A stretch of 64,000 nucleotides of DNA from Bacillota bacterium (GCA_050951805.1 JBMNJT010000002.1:1344001-1408000); one strand, 5' to 3'; shown: positions 20,668 to 30,530, counted from the first letter of the stretch. The notes: generated by a model from the sequence alone, not told the origin. Translations and numbers: made by a program.

Positions 20668-20727
20668 GTGACATAGCTGTAACTTAAATGGTGGTATACG
20701 TGACAAAGTGGTGACATATATGCAACA
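20668..20727. promoter_or_regulatory. Phased GTGACA direct repeats, probable upstream activator sites
   Basis: GTGACA (20668), GTAACT (20679), GTGACA (20700), GTGACA (20711), GCAACA (20722), about 11-bp period. Confidence 0.55.
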
Positions 20728-20826
20728 ATAGGAATGAGAGCCATGACATGCATCTTGCCGCCTCTTGTGTAGCGCCCGCCTGGCGGGCGCATGCGGAGAC
20801 GCAAAGACAGAAAGGGGGACACCCTA

Positions 20827-22836
20827 ATGGCCAGCGAGTACATTCCCCACGTCGTGGCGAAAGCGTGGGAGGATCTGGTCAATACCGGGACAGTGAGAGT
20901 TGAAGCACTCAGGCCCGTTGTGGCCTCCTCCTGGACCAGGTCCCAACAGGCTGGGATAGACCCGAGGGATGCAGTAGGCAAGATTGTCCTCAGCCAGGCC
21001 CAGCTGGAAAATGTCATATTGGACCGCTCCGATCTGATTGAAGTTGCCAGACCGTTCATGTCCAGCCTTTACGAGTTCGTTGCAGGTTCAGGCTTCGTCG
21101 TGATCATCTCCGATGAACTCGGGCGCGTGATGGAGGTCATGGGAGACGAAAACGCCCTTCGCCGAGGAGCGCTAGTCAACCTTCTGCCCGGCTCGAGCTG
21201 GGCAGAACATCACGTGGGAACCAATGGAATAGGCACAGCCCTTGCCATCGCCAAGCCAGTTCAGGTATCAGGAGAAGAGCACTATTGCGAGAAGTTCCAT
21301 CCATGGACATGCTCTGCAGCACCGATACGCAACAGCAACGGATCGATCATTGGCGCACTCCAGATGTCCGGCCCTTCATCGAAAACCCACATCCACACTT
21401 TGGGAATGGTAGTGGCGGCGATTGAAGCAATTGAAGCACAGATGAAGATCAACGCCAAAGTCCGGGAGCTCACAGTCCTAAATGACAACCTGAACAAGAT
21501 GTTTCAGATAGCCTCAGATGGGATAGTGCTTGTCAACAATGAAGGCATAATCCAGCGAACCAATCCGGTAGCAGATCGGATTCTCGGCACTACCCGCCCA
21601 ACCTCGTTCATGGAGGCAACAGGCGCACCGAGCCATTTGGAGAAGATGATCTCAAACGGCACCGCCTTCGATGATGTGGAAATGAGCGTGGAGACCCCAG
21701 AAGGGCGCGTGCAATGTTTGGTGAGCGGAAAAGCCATCTACGATGAAGACGGCGAGATCAGAGGGGGCGTCGTATCCCTCAATCCAACCAAGAGGATTGC
21801 CAAGCTCATGGGAAGGTACAGCCGTTCGTACGCCACCTTCACCTTCGACGACATCATAGGCAGAGACGGCAATCTCCGCCGCGCTATAAAGTTGGGACAT
21901 ATAGCGGCGGAAAGCGACAGCAATGTGCTGATATGCGGCGAAAGCGGGACGGGCAAGGAGATGTTTGCCCAGGCCATTCACAACGAGAGCAGACAGGCAA
22001 ATGGCCCATTTGTGCCCATAAACTGTGGTGCCATTCCGCGCGAGCTGGTAGGCAGCGAGCTATTCGGTTACGAGGAAGGCGCCTTCACAGGCGCAGCCCG
22101 GGGCGGACGGCCAGGCAAATTCGAACTTGCGTCAGGCGGCACTCTCTTCCTGGACGAAATCGGCGATATGCCCCTTGAACAGCAAATTGCGCTTCACAGA
22201 GTCCTTCAGGACAAGATGGTAACCCGCATAGGCGGTGCGAACATGACTGAAGTAGATGTAAGGATAATCTGCGCAACCAACAAAAACCTCCAACATGAAG
22301 TTGCCAAAGGCAACTTCAGACAAGACCTCTACTACAGGCTGAACGTGATATACATTCTTCTGCCGCCGTTGAGAGAACGCCGAGAAGACATACCCCTGCT
22401 TTTCGATTTCTTCCTTTCGAAAGCCATGTCACAATTAGGAGTCGACATATCAAATGTCGATCCCGATGTAACAGGCTGTTTGACCTCATACGATTGGCCA
22501 GGCAACGTAAGGGAGCTTCAAAACGTGGTGGAACGCATGGTGAATATCGCCACATCCGGATACATCGGTCTCGAACACATTCCTGTAGAAATACTCAACC
22601 CTAGCCGCTCCGGAAACACATCGACGCAAATGGGTTCACCTTTTCCTGCGGCAAAGCCTCCAACTTTCGAGCAACAGCGGGCGGAGATTAGACGCACTGC
22701 CGAGCAGCGCCAGCGAGAAGAACTGATTCGAGCCCTCGAAAAACATGATGGCAACATAACACGGACAGCAGAAGAAATGGGCGTCTCGAGGAACACAATT
22801 TATAGAAGAATGAAAAAACTCGATCTGCAAAGGTGA
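20827..22836 (+). CDS. AcoR-like sigma54-dependent enhancer-binding protein (GAF-PAS-AAA+-Fis HTH)
   Basis: SW.RS, GTNGIGTAL, WTCSAAPI GAF motifs; GESGTGKE, GAFTGA, LFLDEIG, WPGNVREL; C-terminal HTH; SD AAAGGGGG before ATG 20827. Confidence 0.93.
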   Translation: MASEYIPHVVAKAWEDLVNTGTVRVEALRPVVASSWTRSQQAGIDPRDAVGKIVLSQAQLENVILDRSDLIEVARPFMSSLYEFVAGSGFVVIISDELGRVMEVMGDENALRRGALVNLLPGSSWAEHHVGTNGIGTALAIAKPVQVSGEEHYCEKFHPWTCSAAPIRNSNGSIIGALQMSGPSSKTHIHTLGMVVAAIEAIEAQMKINAKVRELTVLNDNLNKMFQIASDGIVLVNNEGIIQRTNPVADRILGTTRPTSFMEATGAPSHLEKMISNGTAFDDVEMSVETPEGRVQCLVSGKAIYDEDGEIRGGVVSLNPTKRIAKLMGRYSRSYATFTFDDIIGRDGNLRRAIKLGHIAAESDSNVLICGESGTGKEMFAQAIHNESRQANGPFVPINCGAIPRELVGSELFGYEEGAFTGAARGGRPGKFELASGGTLFLDEIGDMPLEQQIALHRVLQDKMVTRIGGANMTEVDVRIICATNKNLQHEVAKGNFRQDLYYRLNVIYILLPPLRERREDIPLLFDFFLSKAMSQLGVDISNVDPDVTGCLTSYDWPGNVRELQNVVERMVNIATSGYIGLEHIPVEILNPSRSGNTSTQMGSPFPAAKPPTFEQQRAEIRRTAEQRQREELIRALEKHDGNITRTAEEMGVSRNTIYRRMKKLDLQR

Positions 22837-22982
22837 GTTGTTTCCTAACCCCATGTCGACCGCGTCATACCAATGGCATTGTCCATGTTTCGCCCGGTCC
22901 TTGGACGCAACCCGATGCAGGTGCCGTAGAGCACAGCTGATCAAGATAGCATCTACGCACCGTCGCGAAGACTAGATTCCGC

Positions 22983-23011
22983 TTGTAATCCCACAAACGT
23001 CATGGGATAAT
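22983..23011 (+). promoter_or_regulatory. Putative sigmaA promoter giving the CofE-like gene a leader of about 185 nt
   Basis: TTGTAA-N17-GATAAT with a TG extension. Confidence 0.45.
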
Positions 23012-23201
23012 AAATATTGCTGCCAAAGCCTCTAACGGGCCGAAGTCTGGCAGTAGCCCTTCTCGGCCCCAAGCCCGTCCGCTGCAAAAACTGGGCAGGC
23101 CTTTGGGAACCGATTTGGATGGACCAGAAACGAAAGTCCGCATATTCTCACTGGACCACGTATGGGCAGGTGAAGATGTGCGGAGAAAGCAGGTGAACAT
23201 T

Positions 23202-24749
23202 TTGGGCTTCGTTCTATCGGAGAATGCTGGCGTTGCCGTCGTAGGAATCAAAACAGGGCTGATAATGCCTACCGATGACATAGTCGAAGTCACCATGGAT
23301 GCAGTCGAGGATATTCTGGAGGACGGCGATATCGTATGCGTCACCGAGGCGGTTGTGGCCAGATCTCAGAATCGCTACATAACCTGCGATGAGCTTGCAG
23401 AAGACGTGAAGGCCAAACTTAACATAAAAGATAACGGCACTGTCGCCGTCATAAGTCCCATCGTAAGCCGCAATCGTTTCGCATTGGTTCTTCAGGCCAT
23501 CGCGCGGGCGGTGAACAAAGGAAGAGTCATAGTACAGCTGACAGTCCCGTGCGACGAAGTGGGGAACCAAGTCATAGACGAGGAATTCGCCAATAACCGT
23601 CTTCGCTTCAAGAAGGTGCTGCGCAGCCTCCAAGAGGTCCGGGGAAACACCCCACAGATGAATGTTCTCATAAGAGAGATCATCGCGGCGCTCAAGTTCC
23701 AGGAGCTCGGTTATTCGGTGAACGCCATTCGAAAGATCACCGGAACGGGCATGGCCGACATAACCTTGCTCGACAAGGACGGCCGAAAAGTCATCGCCGA
23801 GGTCGCTTTCGAGAACCTCGCAGGCGTCGCCCAGAAGGCTATAGGAATAGCCAAAGATGATAAGGCGGACATCGCCATGGCGGTCGCAGTGGACCTCCAG
23901 GCTCAGGAGATGGCCATTGTCGAAGCCACGTCATTTTTGGAGGGCAAAGCAAAGCCTGAGGTATATAAGTATGACGAGCGCCAGGCGTTCTACGAAGCGA
24001 CCGATGTGATTACTGTTGCGGAGATCGGGGAGAGACTCTTCCCCCATCCCATCACCGGGATAGACTATGGCAGAATGTATGCTGCGACGATAGAATCAGA
24101 AGGAGCTCAAGCAGAGATCGTTTTCACCAACAATCCCTTGGCCGTCTTCAACTTCGGCCACATAGACGGGATCATCATAGGCGCAGTCCACGAACGCGAG
24201 TCTCTGAAAAACCTCTTTCTCTCGTTCGGAACGAAGACTCCCATGCTCACGATACAGGATATTGGGCCGGAGCCATGGGGCGTAATCGGATCGAATGTGT
24301 CAGACCTCGACAAGGGGATACTAAAGCTCCTACCTGATAATTCCGATGACGTGTGCGACAAGATCAAGGCTGCGGCTTGGGAGAAGACTGGCAAGGATAT
24401 TGAAGTTCTGATCTTTGGAGATGGAGCCTACAAGGACCCGGATACAGGCATCTACGAACTGGCTGACCCGTATCCGTCCATCGGATGCAGCAAGGGGCTT
24501 CGCAGTGCCTCACTGCGGCAGGGCACGAAACTCAAACTCCTTGTCGAAACGATGTTCAGAGAAGGCCATTCCCGCGAGGAGATATACAAGGCCCTCGAGG
24601 AACAGCAACCGTCCCGCGAAACCCTTGGCACAACACCGCGCAACATCACCGGGATACTCGCAACCATGGCCGATCTTGCCGCCGGCTCTGCCGATGCCGG
24701 AACGCCGGTGGTAATCATACGAAACTTTCCTTTTAAGCCTGCCAAGTAG
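23202..24749 (+). CDS. CofE-like (F420-0:gamma-glutamyl ligase family) protein with an inserted domain of about 135 aa
   Basis: DIVCVTEAVVARSQN, SPIVSRNRF, DEVGN, HPITGIDY, IFGDGAYKDP..YELADP, GTTPR, DLAAGSADAGTPVV; start TTG 23202 after SD GCAGGTGA. Confidence 0.82.
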   Translation: MGFVLSENAGVAVVGIKTGLIMPTDDIVEVTMDAVEDILEDGDIVCVTEAVVARSQNRYITCDELAEDVKAKLNIKDNGTVAVISPIVSRNRFALVLQAIARAVNKGRVIVQLTVPCDEVGNQVIDEEFANNRLRFKKVLRSLQEVRGNTPQMNVLIREIIAALKFQELGYSVNAIRKITGTGMADITLLDKDGRKVIAEVAFENLAGVAQKAIGIAKDDKADIAMAVAVDLQAQEMAIVEATSFLEGKAKPEVYKYDERQAFYEATDVITVAEIGERLFPHPITGIDYGRMYAATIESEGAQAEIVFTNNPLAVFNFGHIDGIIIGAVHERESLKNLFLSFGTKTPMLTIQDIGPEPWGVIGSNVSDLDKGILKLLPDNSDDVCDKIKAAAWEKTGKDIEVLIFGDGAYKDPDTGIYELADPYPSIGCSKGLRSASLRQGTKLKLLVETMFREGHSREEIYKALEEQQPSRETLGTTPRNITGILATMADLAAGSADAGTPVVIIRNFPFKPAK

Positions 24750-24756
24750 GCATTGG

Positions 24757-24795
24757 AACCTAGCAGGGCGGCGTCGGGCCGCCCTGCTAGGTTTT
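24757..24795 (+). terminator. Intrinsic terminator
   Basis: AACCTAGCAGGGCGGC-gtcgg-GCCGCCCTGCTAGGTT-TT. Confidence 0.8.
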
Positions 24796-25037
24796 GCGAG
24801 GATTCACACAACAATCGCCGCATCTCCACGGCGTGCCTGATGTCGTTGGGAGTGAGCCTATGAGGAGTCTATTCACCACCCAGACGTGCAAAGAACACCG
24901 CATCAAGCAAGAGCTTCCCGTCATCTTCCGAATTCGCTACAGACGCAGCCTATACAACCATCAAGCGCAGAACTTCGCGTTCATGTTATTATCTTCTTAG
25001 GAAAGCGAGGGCAATTACAAAGGGGAGTGAATACTTC

Positions 25038-25439
25038 GTGAAGGGATTTGCTATCGACACGTTCGAGAAGAACCAAGTGGTCGATATCACCGCCCAGGTC
25101 GAATCGTGCCTTGCCGACCAAGGGCTACAGGACGGCATCTGTCTAGTTCAGACGCCACACACCACATGTGGAATTATCCTCAACGAACACTTCGATTCTA
25201 CTGTCTCCGAGGACATACTCGACTGCCTCAACCGCATTGCCCCCGAGGACGCAGATTACTCACATAAGGAAGGCAACGCAACTGCCCATATCAAAGCCGC
25301 TCTGATTGGCTCGTCAGTTATCCTCGCGATAGAGGATAGACGCCTTGCCCTAGGAACATGGCAGCGCATCCTTCTATGTGAGTTCGATGGGCCGCGCCAG
25401 CGGAAAGTGTGGGTCAGGACATTGAAACAAGGCACATGA
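25038..25439 (+). CDS. yjbQ: YjbQ/UPF0047 family protein
   Basis: PHTTCGIILNE, HKEGNATAHIK, LGTWQRILLCEFDGPR; SD AGGGGAG. Confidence 0.9.
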   Translation: MKGFAIDTFEKNQVVDITAQVESCLADQGLQDGICLVQTPHTTCGIILNEHFDSTVSEDILDCLNRIAPEDADYSHKEGNATAHIKAALIGSSVILAIEDRRLALGTWQRILLCEFDGPRQRKVWVRTLKQGT

Positions 25440-25544
25440 GAGTCTAAGAAGGATCACCACGTGTGAGGCTGCCCGCATCCGGGACTCTCGGAAACCTCTA
25501 TCCCAATTAACCACATCATGACCGTATCTGAACGGAGGGTGCCC

Positions 25545-26579
25545 ATGGCTAATTTCCGAATTCCAGATGTCAGACGATTGCCAGCAATCGCGTCTATCTT
25601 CGTTATCTTGGCCCTAATCGGATCTGTCTGCGCTCGACCTCTGTCTGCCGCAGCCGATAGTGCAATAACCGTGACCTTCATCGACGTCGGCCAGGGCGAC
25701 GCGATCCTTGTATCCACAGACGATGGACGCCACATGTTGGTTGACGGCGGACCCAAGGCGGCCGGAGGCAAGCTGGTAGCGACGCTCCATTCCATGGGAG
25801 TCGGGCACCTCGATGTAGTCGTATCCACGCATCCCCATGAGGATCATGTGGGAGGACTCATAGAAGTGCTGGACTCTTTCGCAGTTGGCAAAGTACTGGA
25901 CTCCGCCAAAGCGCACACGTCAGCCACCTACGAAGCCTACCTCAGCAAGATATACGAGAAAGGCATAGCTTTCTCGGCTCCAAGGGCGGGAGATTCATTT
26001 GACCTAGGACCCGTTACAATCAAGGTTCTGTGGCCCACCGAGCCCCTTCCGCAAGACATAAACGATTCCTCCTTAGTCCTGGAAGTCGCTTACGGAAAAT
26101 CCCGCATCCTGCTCACAGGCGACATCAGCGGGCACGTGGAGCGGATATTGGCTGACACAGGAGTCCTAAACCACATCCATCTGCTCAAAGTTGCTCACCA
26201 TGGCAGCAGAACGTCCACAACCCAAGGCTTTCTGACGCAGACGTCTCCAAGGCTTGCAGTGATACAGGTGGGGCAGGGCAACGACTATGGGCACCCATCA
26301 AACCAGGTGCTTACAAACCTGAGATCACGCGATGTCCTCGCATACAGAACAGACGAGCATGGGTCTGTGAGCGTCAAGATGAGGCCGGATGGAAAAACAT
26401 TCTCCGTCCATATTGAACAGCCCGGCAATGACCTGCGAGCGTCATCTTCCAGCGATGTGTTTCACCGAAGTTCATGCCGATACGTGAATACGATCGATGC
26501 ATCCAGAATTGTCATGATCTCAGACCGCGAACAAGCGATGAATGCAGGTTACAGGCCGTGCAAGCTCTGTAACCCATAG
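25545..26579 (+). CDS. Secreted ComEC/Rec2-type metallo-beta-lactamase-fold hydrolase with C-terminal Ada-type Zn-binding domain
   Basis: FIDVGQGD, THPHEDHVGG, NDSS, LLTGD, KVAHHGS, YGHP, YRTDEHG; FHRSSC..GYRPCKLCNP; signal peptide. Confidence 0.88.
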   Translation: MANFRIPDVRRLPAIASIFVILALIGSVCARPLSAAADSAITVTFIDVGQGDAILVSTDDGRHMLVDGGPKAAGGKLVATLHSMGVGHLDVVVSTHPHEDHVGGLIEVLDSFAVGKVLDSAKAHTSATYEAYLSKIYEKGIAFSAPRAGDSFDLGPVTIKVLWPTEPLPQDINDSSLVLEVAYGKSRILLTGDISGHVERILADTGVLNHIHLLKVAHHGSRTSTTQGFLTQTSPRLAVIQVGQGNDYGHPSNQVLTNLRSRDVLAYRTDEHGSVSVKMRPDGKTFSVHIEQPGNDLRASSSSDVFHRSSCRYVNTIDASRIVMISDREQAMNAGYRPCKLCNP

Positions 26580-26604
26580 GAAACTCGTGGTGAGGTGATG
26601 TCGG

Positions 26605-26850
26605 ATGAAACTTGTAGCCACTCTGGACCGGATCGAGAATGGCATCGCAATCCTTCTGGTACGACCGGAGGAGTCCATACAGATCCTTTGGCCCGTCTCT
26701 GCACTCCCAGAAGACGCCGTTGAAGGCGCCATACTCGACATCTCAGTGGACGTCGACAAAGGCAAGACCCAGGCCGCAGAAGAACGCGTTCAATCCCTTC
26801 TCGACAAGCTCTTGGGCAAGGGATCTCAGCAATCAACTGAACCGATATGA
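26605..26850 (+). CDS. DUF3006 family protein
   Basis: LDRIENGIAIL..LPEDAVEGAIL pattern; usual neighbour of ComEC-like MBL genes. Confidence 0.8.
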   Translation: MKLVATLDRIENGIAILLVRPEESIQILWPVSALPEDAVEGAILDISVDVDKGKTQAAEERVQSLLDKLLGKGSQQSTEPI

Positions 26851-26929
26851 GCGCAACAAAAAAGGGGCGCACTGCACCAACGCGAATGCCTCCATACACG
26901 TGCGCCCATCGACCTCGCGGGGATAAGCC

Positions 26930-27193
26930 CTACACGATATGGCCATGCCCACCGCAGCCACATCCGCCTTTAGATCTTTCCCCAGGCCTCATGTCATCAG
27001 CAATCTTCTTCAGGCCGTCCTGAAGCTGACCTAAAGCAGCTGACAGCGCCTGGGCAAACTCGCCTTCAACCTCTATTCTCCGTCCACACTTGCTGCACAC
27101 GACGTAGTCTTCGAGCAGAGTCTCAAAGCTGTCTTCTATAATCTCGACATATGGCTTGCCGCATTCGCATGAGAATTTATGCTCTTGTTCCAC
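26930..27193 (-). CDS. Small zinc-ribbon protein with Cys/His-rich tail
   Basis: CECG...CSKCG plus C-terminal GGCGCGGHGH. Confidence 0.7.
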   Translation of the reverse strand: MEQEHKFSCECGKPYVEIIEDSFETLLEDYVVCSKCGRRIEVEGEFAQALSAALGQLQDGLKKIADDMRPGERSKGGCGCGGHGHIV

Positions 27194-27346
27194 CTTGCAA
27201 CAACTCCCAAAACAATTTGAGTCATCGGAACCATTTCAGCCTACGCCCACCTGCGCGCGAAAAGATTGCCAGTCAATCCCGGCAAAACTCCACTCGAGGG
27301 GGTGCGGCGAATCACGCTTCCAGTTTACTAACGCGCTCCGCCCTCT

Positions 27347-28132
27347 TCATCTCCCCTTCTCAGCCAATTCGAAGGCGATTATCGCGGCCCCATATGCCCC
27401 CGCAAACTGAGACATAGAAGGAACCGACACCTTCAAGCCAAGCTTGCGCTCCAAGGAAAGCCTCACACCGTCGTTGCGGCTAACACCGCCAGTCATTACC
27501 ACTTCCGTGGCCAGCCCCACTCGGTGCACCATGCCCGCCAGACGGTCTGCCACGGCGTCACACAGCCCCCTAATGATCGGCTCCCGGGCCACACCGTGCG
27601 AAAGCAAGCTCACAACCTCCGATTCCGCAAAAACCGTGCATGTTGAGGAGATCATCGCCGGCTTCCTCGTTGCGCGCCACATCTTGCCGAAATCCGAAAG
27701 GGGAACTTCCAGCCTTTCGGCCATAACCTCGAGGAACCGGCCGGTTCCAGCAGCACACTTGTCATTCATAACGAAGTCGGCAACCATCCCATCCTCATCG
27801 AGGCGTATGACCTTGGAATCCTGGCCGCCTATATCGACGATTACGTGGGCGGCCTCGGCAAAAGCCCTTCCGCCTCTGGCATGGCAGGTGATCTCAGTGA
27901 CCGTCCTATCCGCCATCTTCACCATGGACCGCCCGTATCCCGTTGCAACCATTGCTGAGATATCCTCAATGTCAACCACCCCGGCATCCTGCGCTGCCGC
28001 TGAAAGAGATTGGAACGCGGTCTTTTCCTGGTCAGTCCCAGTGGATATGACATTGGTTCCCGCAATTCTACCATCCAAAAGCACCACCGCCTTAACAGCA
28101 GTGGAGCCCACATCGACGCCTGCCACGTACAC
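27347..28132 (-). CDS. 2-hydroxyacyl-CoA dehydratase activase (HgdC/BadF-type ASKHA ATPase)
   Basis: GVDVGST, ATGYGR, TEITCH, DIGGQDSK, MNDKCAAGTGRFLE, STCTVFAESE. Confidence 0.93.
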   Translation of the reverse strand: MYVAGVDVGSTAVKAVVLLDGRIAGTNVISTGTDQEKTAFQSLSAAAQDAGVVDIEDISAMVATGYGRSMVKMADRTVTEITCHARGGRAFAEAAHVIVDIGGQDSKVIRLDEDGMVADFVMNDKCAAGTGRFLEVMAERLEVPLSDFGKMWRATRKPAMISSTCTVFAESEVVSLLSHGVAREPIIRGLCDAVADRLAGMVHRVGLATEVVMTGGVSRNDGVRLSLERKLGLKVSVPSMSQFAGAYGAAIIAFELAEKGR

Positions 28133-28138
28133 CCTTTG

Positions 28139-29422
28139 CTACCTCGCCTTCTTCGCGTCTATAAGCTCGACAAAGGCCCCAAGACGGGTCATCGCCTGTG
28201 CCTCACTTCCATTGCGCACATCAACCCCATCGCCACCAAGATTGAGAAAGGGGATTCCTCTCCTCTTCAAGTGATCTGCGAGCATAGAAGCGCCGCCATT
28301 CGATTGCCTGCATCCCCACTGAGCAAACTGGACCACACCATCAATGGAGTAGTCGTCAATCATCCTATCGACCGCAGCGAGCCGCCTCTCTATCGGACCC
28401 CATCCGAAGTTCGCCAACATCTTCCGAGCAACGCTGGCGAAGGGGTCATCAGGATCGAGCTCGCTCCAGTATGGCCAGTTGTATTCCTCAAAGGCCACTG
28501 AAGTTTCGAGTTCCAGCTCGAGATAGTCTAAAAGACCAGTCTTATAATATGGTCTGAGGTTGAGCCAAAGGAGCCTGTGCCTTTCGCTGCAACACGGATA
28601 TTCGCCGCTGGCGATAATTCCCCGAATATGGCTTGCCAGATCCTTGTAGAACTCTGCAAGCCAGGGATTCCCCCATGCCCCGAGGAACATGACCACGTAG
28701 TTTAGGGCTTCCCCTCCCCTCCAGGGAGACGGGGAATGCTGCCGCAGCGCACACACCTCCAAATAATCGTCGAGGGTCGCATTGGACACCCGGATTGCCT
28801 CGGCCATACCTTCCGGCGAGATCCCCGGAACCTTTTCCGGAAGATCGAACGCAATATGCTCTACTTGATCCCGCAGACGCTTCTGTCCCCGCTCAGATCG
28901 ATCGTATGGCACATCAAGTAGATAGAACGGACAGCCGGCGTCCTTGCTCATGCGATGAAGAGACTTCTTGCCCCCGTCGCAAAGATGTGATGTAGCAATC
29001 ACTGCAGAGGGACGCGGCAGGACGCCCAATTTCCCGGCGCCAACTCCGGCCCTGTGGAAACTGCACAAGTCCGCAGAATACCACATCGCCTCGGCTGCTC
29101 CGAGAGCATCATAGGCAAAGCCGAAGGCTGCCGCATAGCCCGCAGCAACCTCAGGAAGAAAAGGAACCGCGCCAAGCCCGTACACGAGCTCTGTAGGCAC
29201 AAAAGCCGTCGTATATATGCACGGCCTCTCTCCGGTGTAGGCTTGGCGAAAGTCATCCATCACGCACCGTATAGCGCTTATCTGATAAGGCTTCCAGCCG
29301 CGCCGCTCCATAATGTCAACCACCTGTTTAGCCGCGCCATAGCACCATGGTTTCCTGGCAAATCGGCGAAATGCCCTCACCTGAAGTGAATTGCCCACGC
29401 TCCGCGTGCCTCTAGGCCCCAC
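28139..29422 (-). CDS. 2-hydroxyacyl-CoA dehydratase subunit (HgdA/D-component family)
   Basis: Three Fe-S Cys motifs DLCSFH, LCDGGKK, WGCRQS; TRLGAFVE C-terminus. Confidence 0.88.
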   Translation of the reverse strand: MGPRGTRSVGNSLQVRAFRRFARKPWCYGAAKQVVDIMERRGWKPYQISAIRCVMDDFRQAYTGERPCIYTTAFVPTELVYGLGAVPFLPEVAAGYAAAFGFAYDALGAAEAMWYSADLCSFHRAGVGAGKLGVLPRPSAVIATSHLCDGGKKSLHRMSKDAGCPFYLLDVPYDRSERGQKRLRDQVEHIAFDLPEKVPGISPEGMAEAIRVSNATLDDYLEVCALRQHSPSPWRGGEALNYVVMFLGAWGNPWLAEFYKDLASHIRGIIASGEYPCCSERHRLLWLNLRPYYKTGLLDYLELELETSVAFEEYNWPYWSELDPDDPFASVARKMLANFGWGPIERRLAAVDRMIDDYSIDGVVQFAQWGCRQSNGGASMLADHLKRRGIPFLNLGGDGVDVRNGSEAQAMTRLGAFVELIDAKKAR

Positions 29423-30530
29423 TTGGCTCTCCCCTCCCCTCCAACATCTCCCGAAAGGCCACCGCCCTGGTGAGCACCTGCCCCGTCCTTCCCGCGCCGT
29501 ATTCGCCCTCCAGAAGGAGGCTGGGCAACCCGAAACTTTCCCTCAGCCCTCGCTTCACATCGGGAAAATCGTAGTAGCCCAAATCGCAGAACTTCGGAGC
29601 GAAGTACACAAGGCCTTTGGCCCCATACATGGCCGCAAGCGCGCCCAAACGCGCAATACGTTCGTCGCCTGCGAACATTCTAGGACATCCGGGTTTTGAC
29701 AGATATGACCTCGCCAACTCCATGTATATATCGTAGCTCGGGTTAACATCGACAGAAAAGTCGTACACCCTCTGACACATGCAGGAATCGATAAAGACTG
29801 GCTCCAGTCCGGCTTCTTCAATGCACTCTACTACGGACAAATCGAGAAGACACGTTCCCGACACGCCGACCCGCACCCGTCCAGCCAACGCTGGGGGTTG
29901 CACCGAGACTGACAGCGCCTTCTCGATCTCGGCGCGGACCGCTCGCGTTAAAGCGTCACAAACCTCTCGGCCAAACCCTTCTTCCCTATCCCAGGTCATT
30001 CCCCAACGCGCCACATCCCCCATAAGCTCGTTTACGTCCATAATTGCCTGCAATAGCCGGGAAGCGCGCAAGGTGCCTTCTTCCAAAGACCTTGCAGTCT
30101 CCGCCATCGCAGCCCTCGCCTTATTCATCGCCTCGCACGCAAGGCGCAAGCTCTGCTCCTCCACCTGCCCTGCTGGGCCTACCACCCCGATGTGCCTCGC
30201 CATCTGCCGCAGTTCGCCGGCAAAGTAGTCCACAGCAGCTTCATCTGCTGTTCGCGGCACATCGAGGTAAAAAACGTCCGCTGCAAGACCCCAGTACCTG
30301 ATTGCATCGTATGCCCGCCTCATCGCATCACAAGACCCTGCAATGGCCAACACGTCACCAGGGTCATATTCCCTCATCAACGCCCTGGCATATGGGCAGA
30401 AATCCCGGGGAAGAAGGCCGTCCGCATCTACTTCGGCCCCGTCTAGGACAAAGAGCCTCTTCGCCGGTAGCCCGGCTGCAAGAGGCAGTTCCAGCGGTAT
30501 GTAGCTGCACGACGTCAACAACATTCTCAT
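29412..30530 (-). CDS. 2-hydroxyacyl-CoA dehydratase subunit (HgdB-like)
   Basis: CSYIPLEL, FCPYAR, SCDAMRR, CPRM, KFCD, GQVLTRAVAF; SD GGAGG before ATG 30530. Confidence 0.85.
   Translation of the reverse strand: MRMLLTSCSYIPLELPLAAGLPAKRLFVLDGAEVDADGLLPRDFCPYARALMREYDPGDVLAIAGSCDAMRRAYDAIRYWGLAADVFYLDVPRTADEAAVDYFAGELRQMARHIGVVGPAGQVEEQSLRLACEAMNKARAAMAETARSLEEGTLRASRLLQAIMDVNELMGDVARWGMTWDREEGFGREVCDALTRAVRAEIEKALSVSVQPPALAGRVRVGVSGTCLLDLSVVECIEEAGLEPVFIDSCMCQRVYDFSVDVNPSYDIYMELARSYLSKPGCPRMFAGDERIARLGALAAMYGAKGLVYFAPKFCDLGYYDFPDVKRGLRESFGLPSLLLEGEYGAGRTGQVLTRAVAFREMLEGRGEPSGA

Noticed and set aside
23060-23100. Partial resemblance to the 3' ends of c-di-AMP and ZTP riboswitches
   Set aside because: The conserved 5' elements of both classes are absent; reported only as an unknown structured leader
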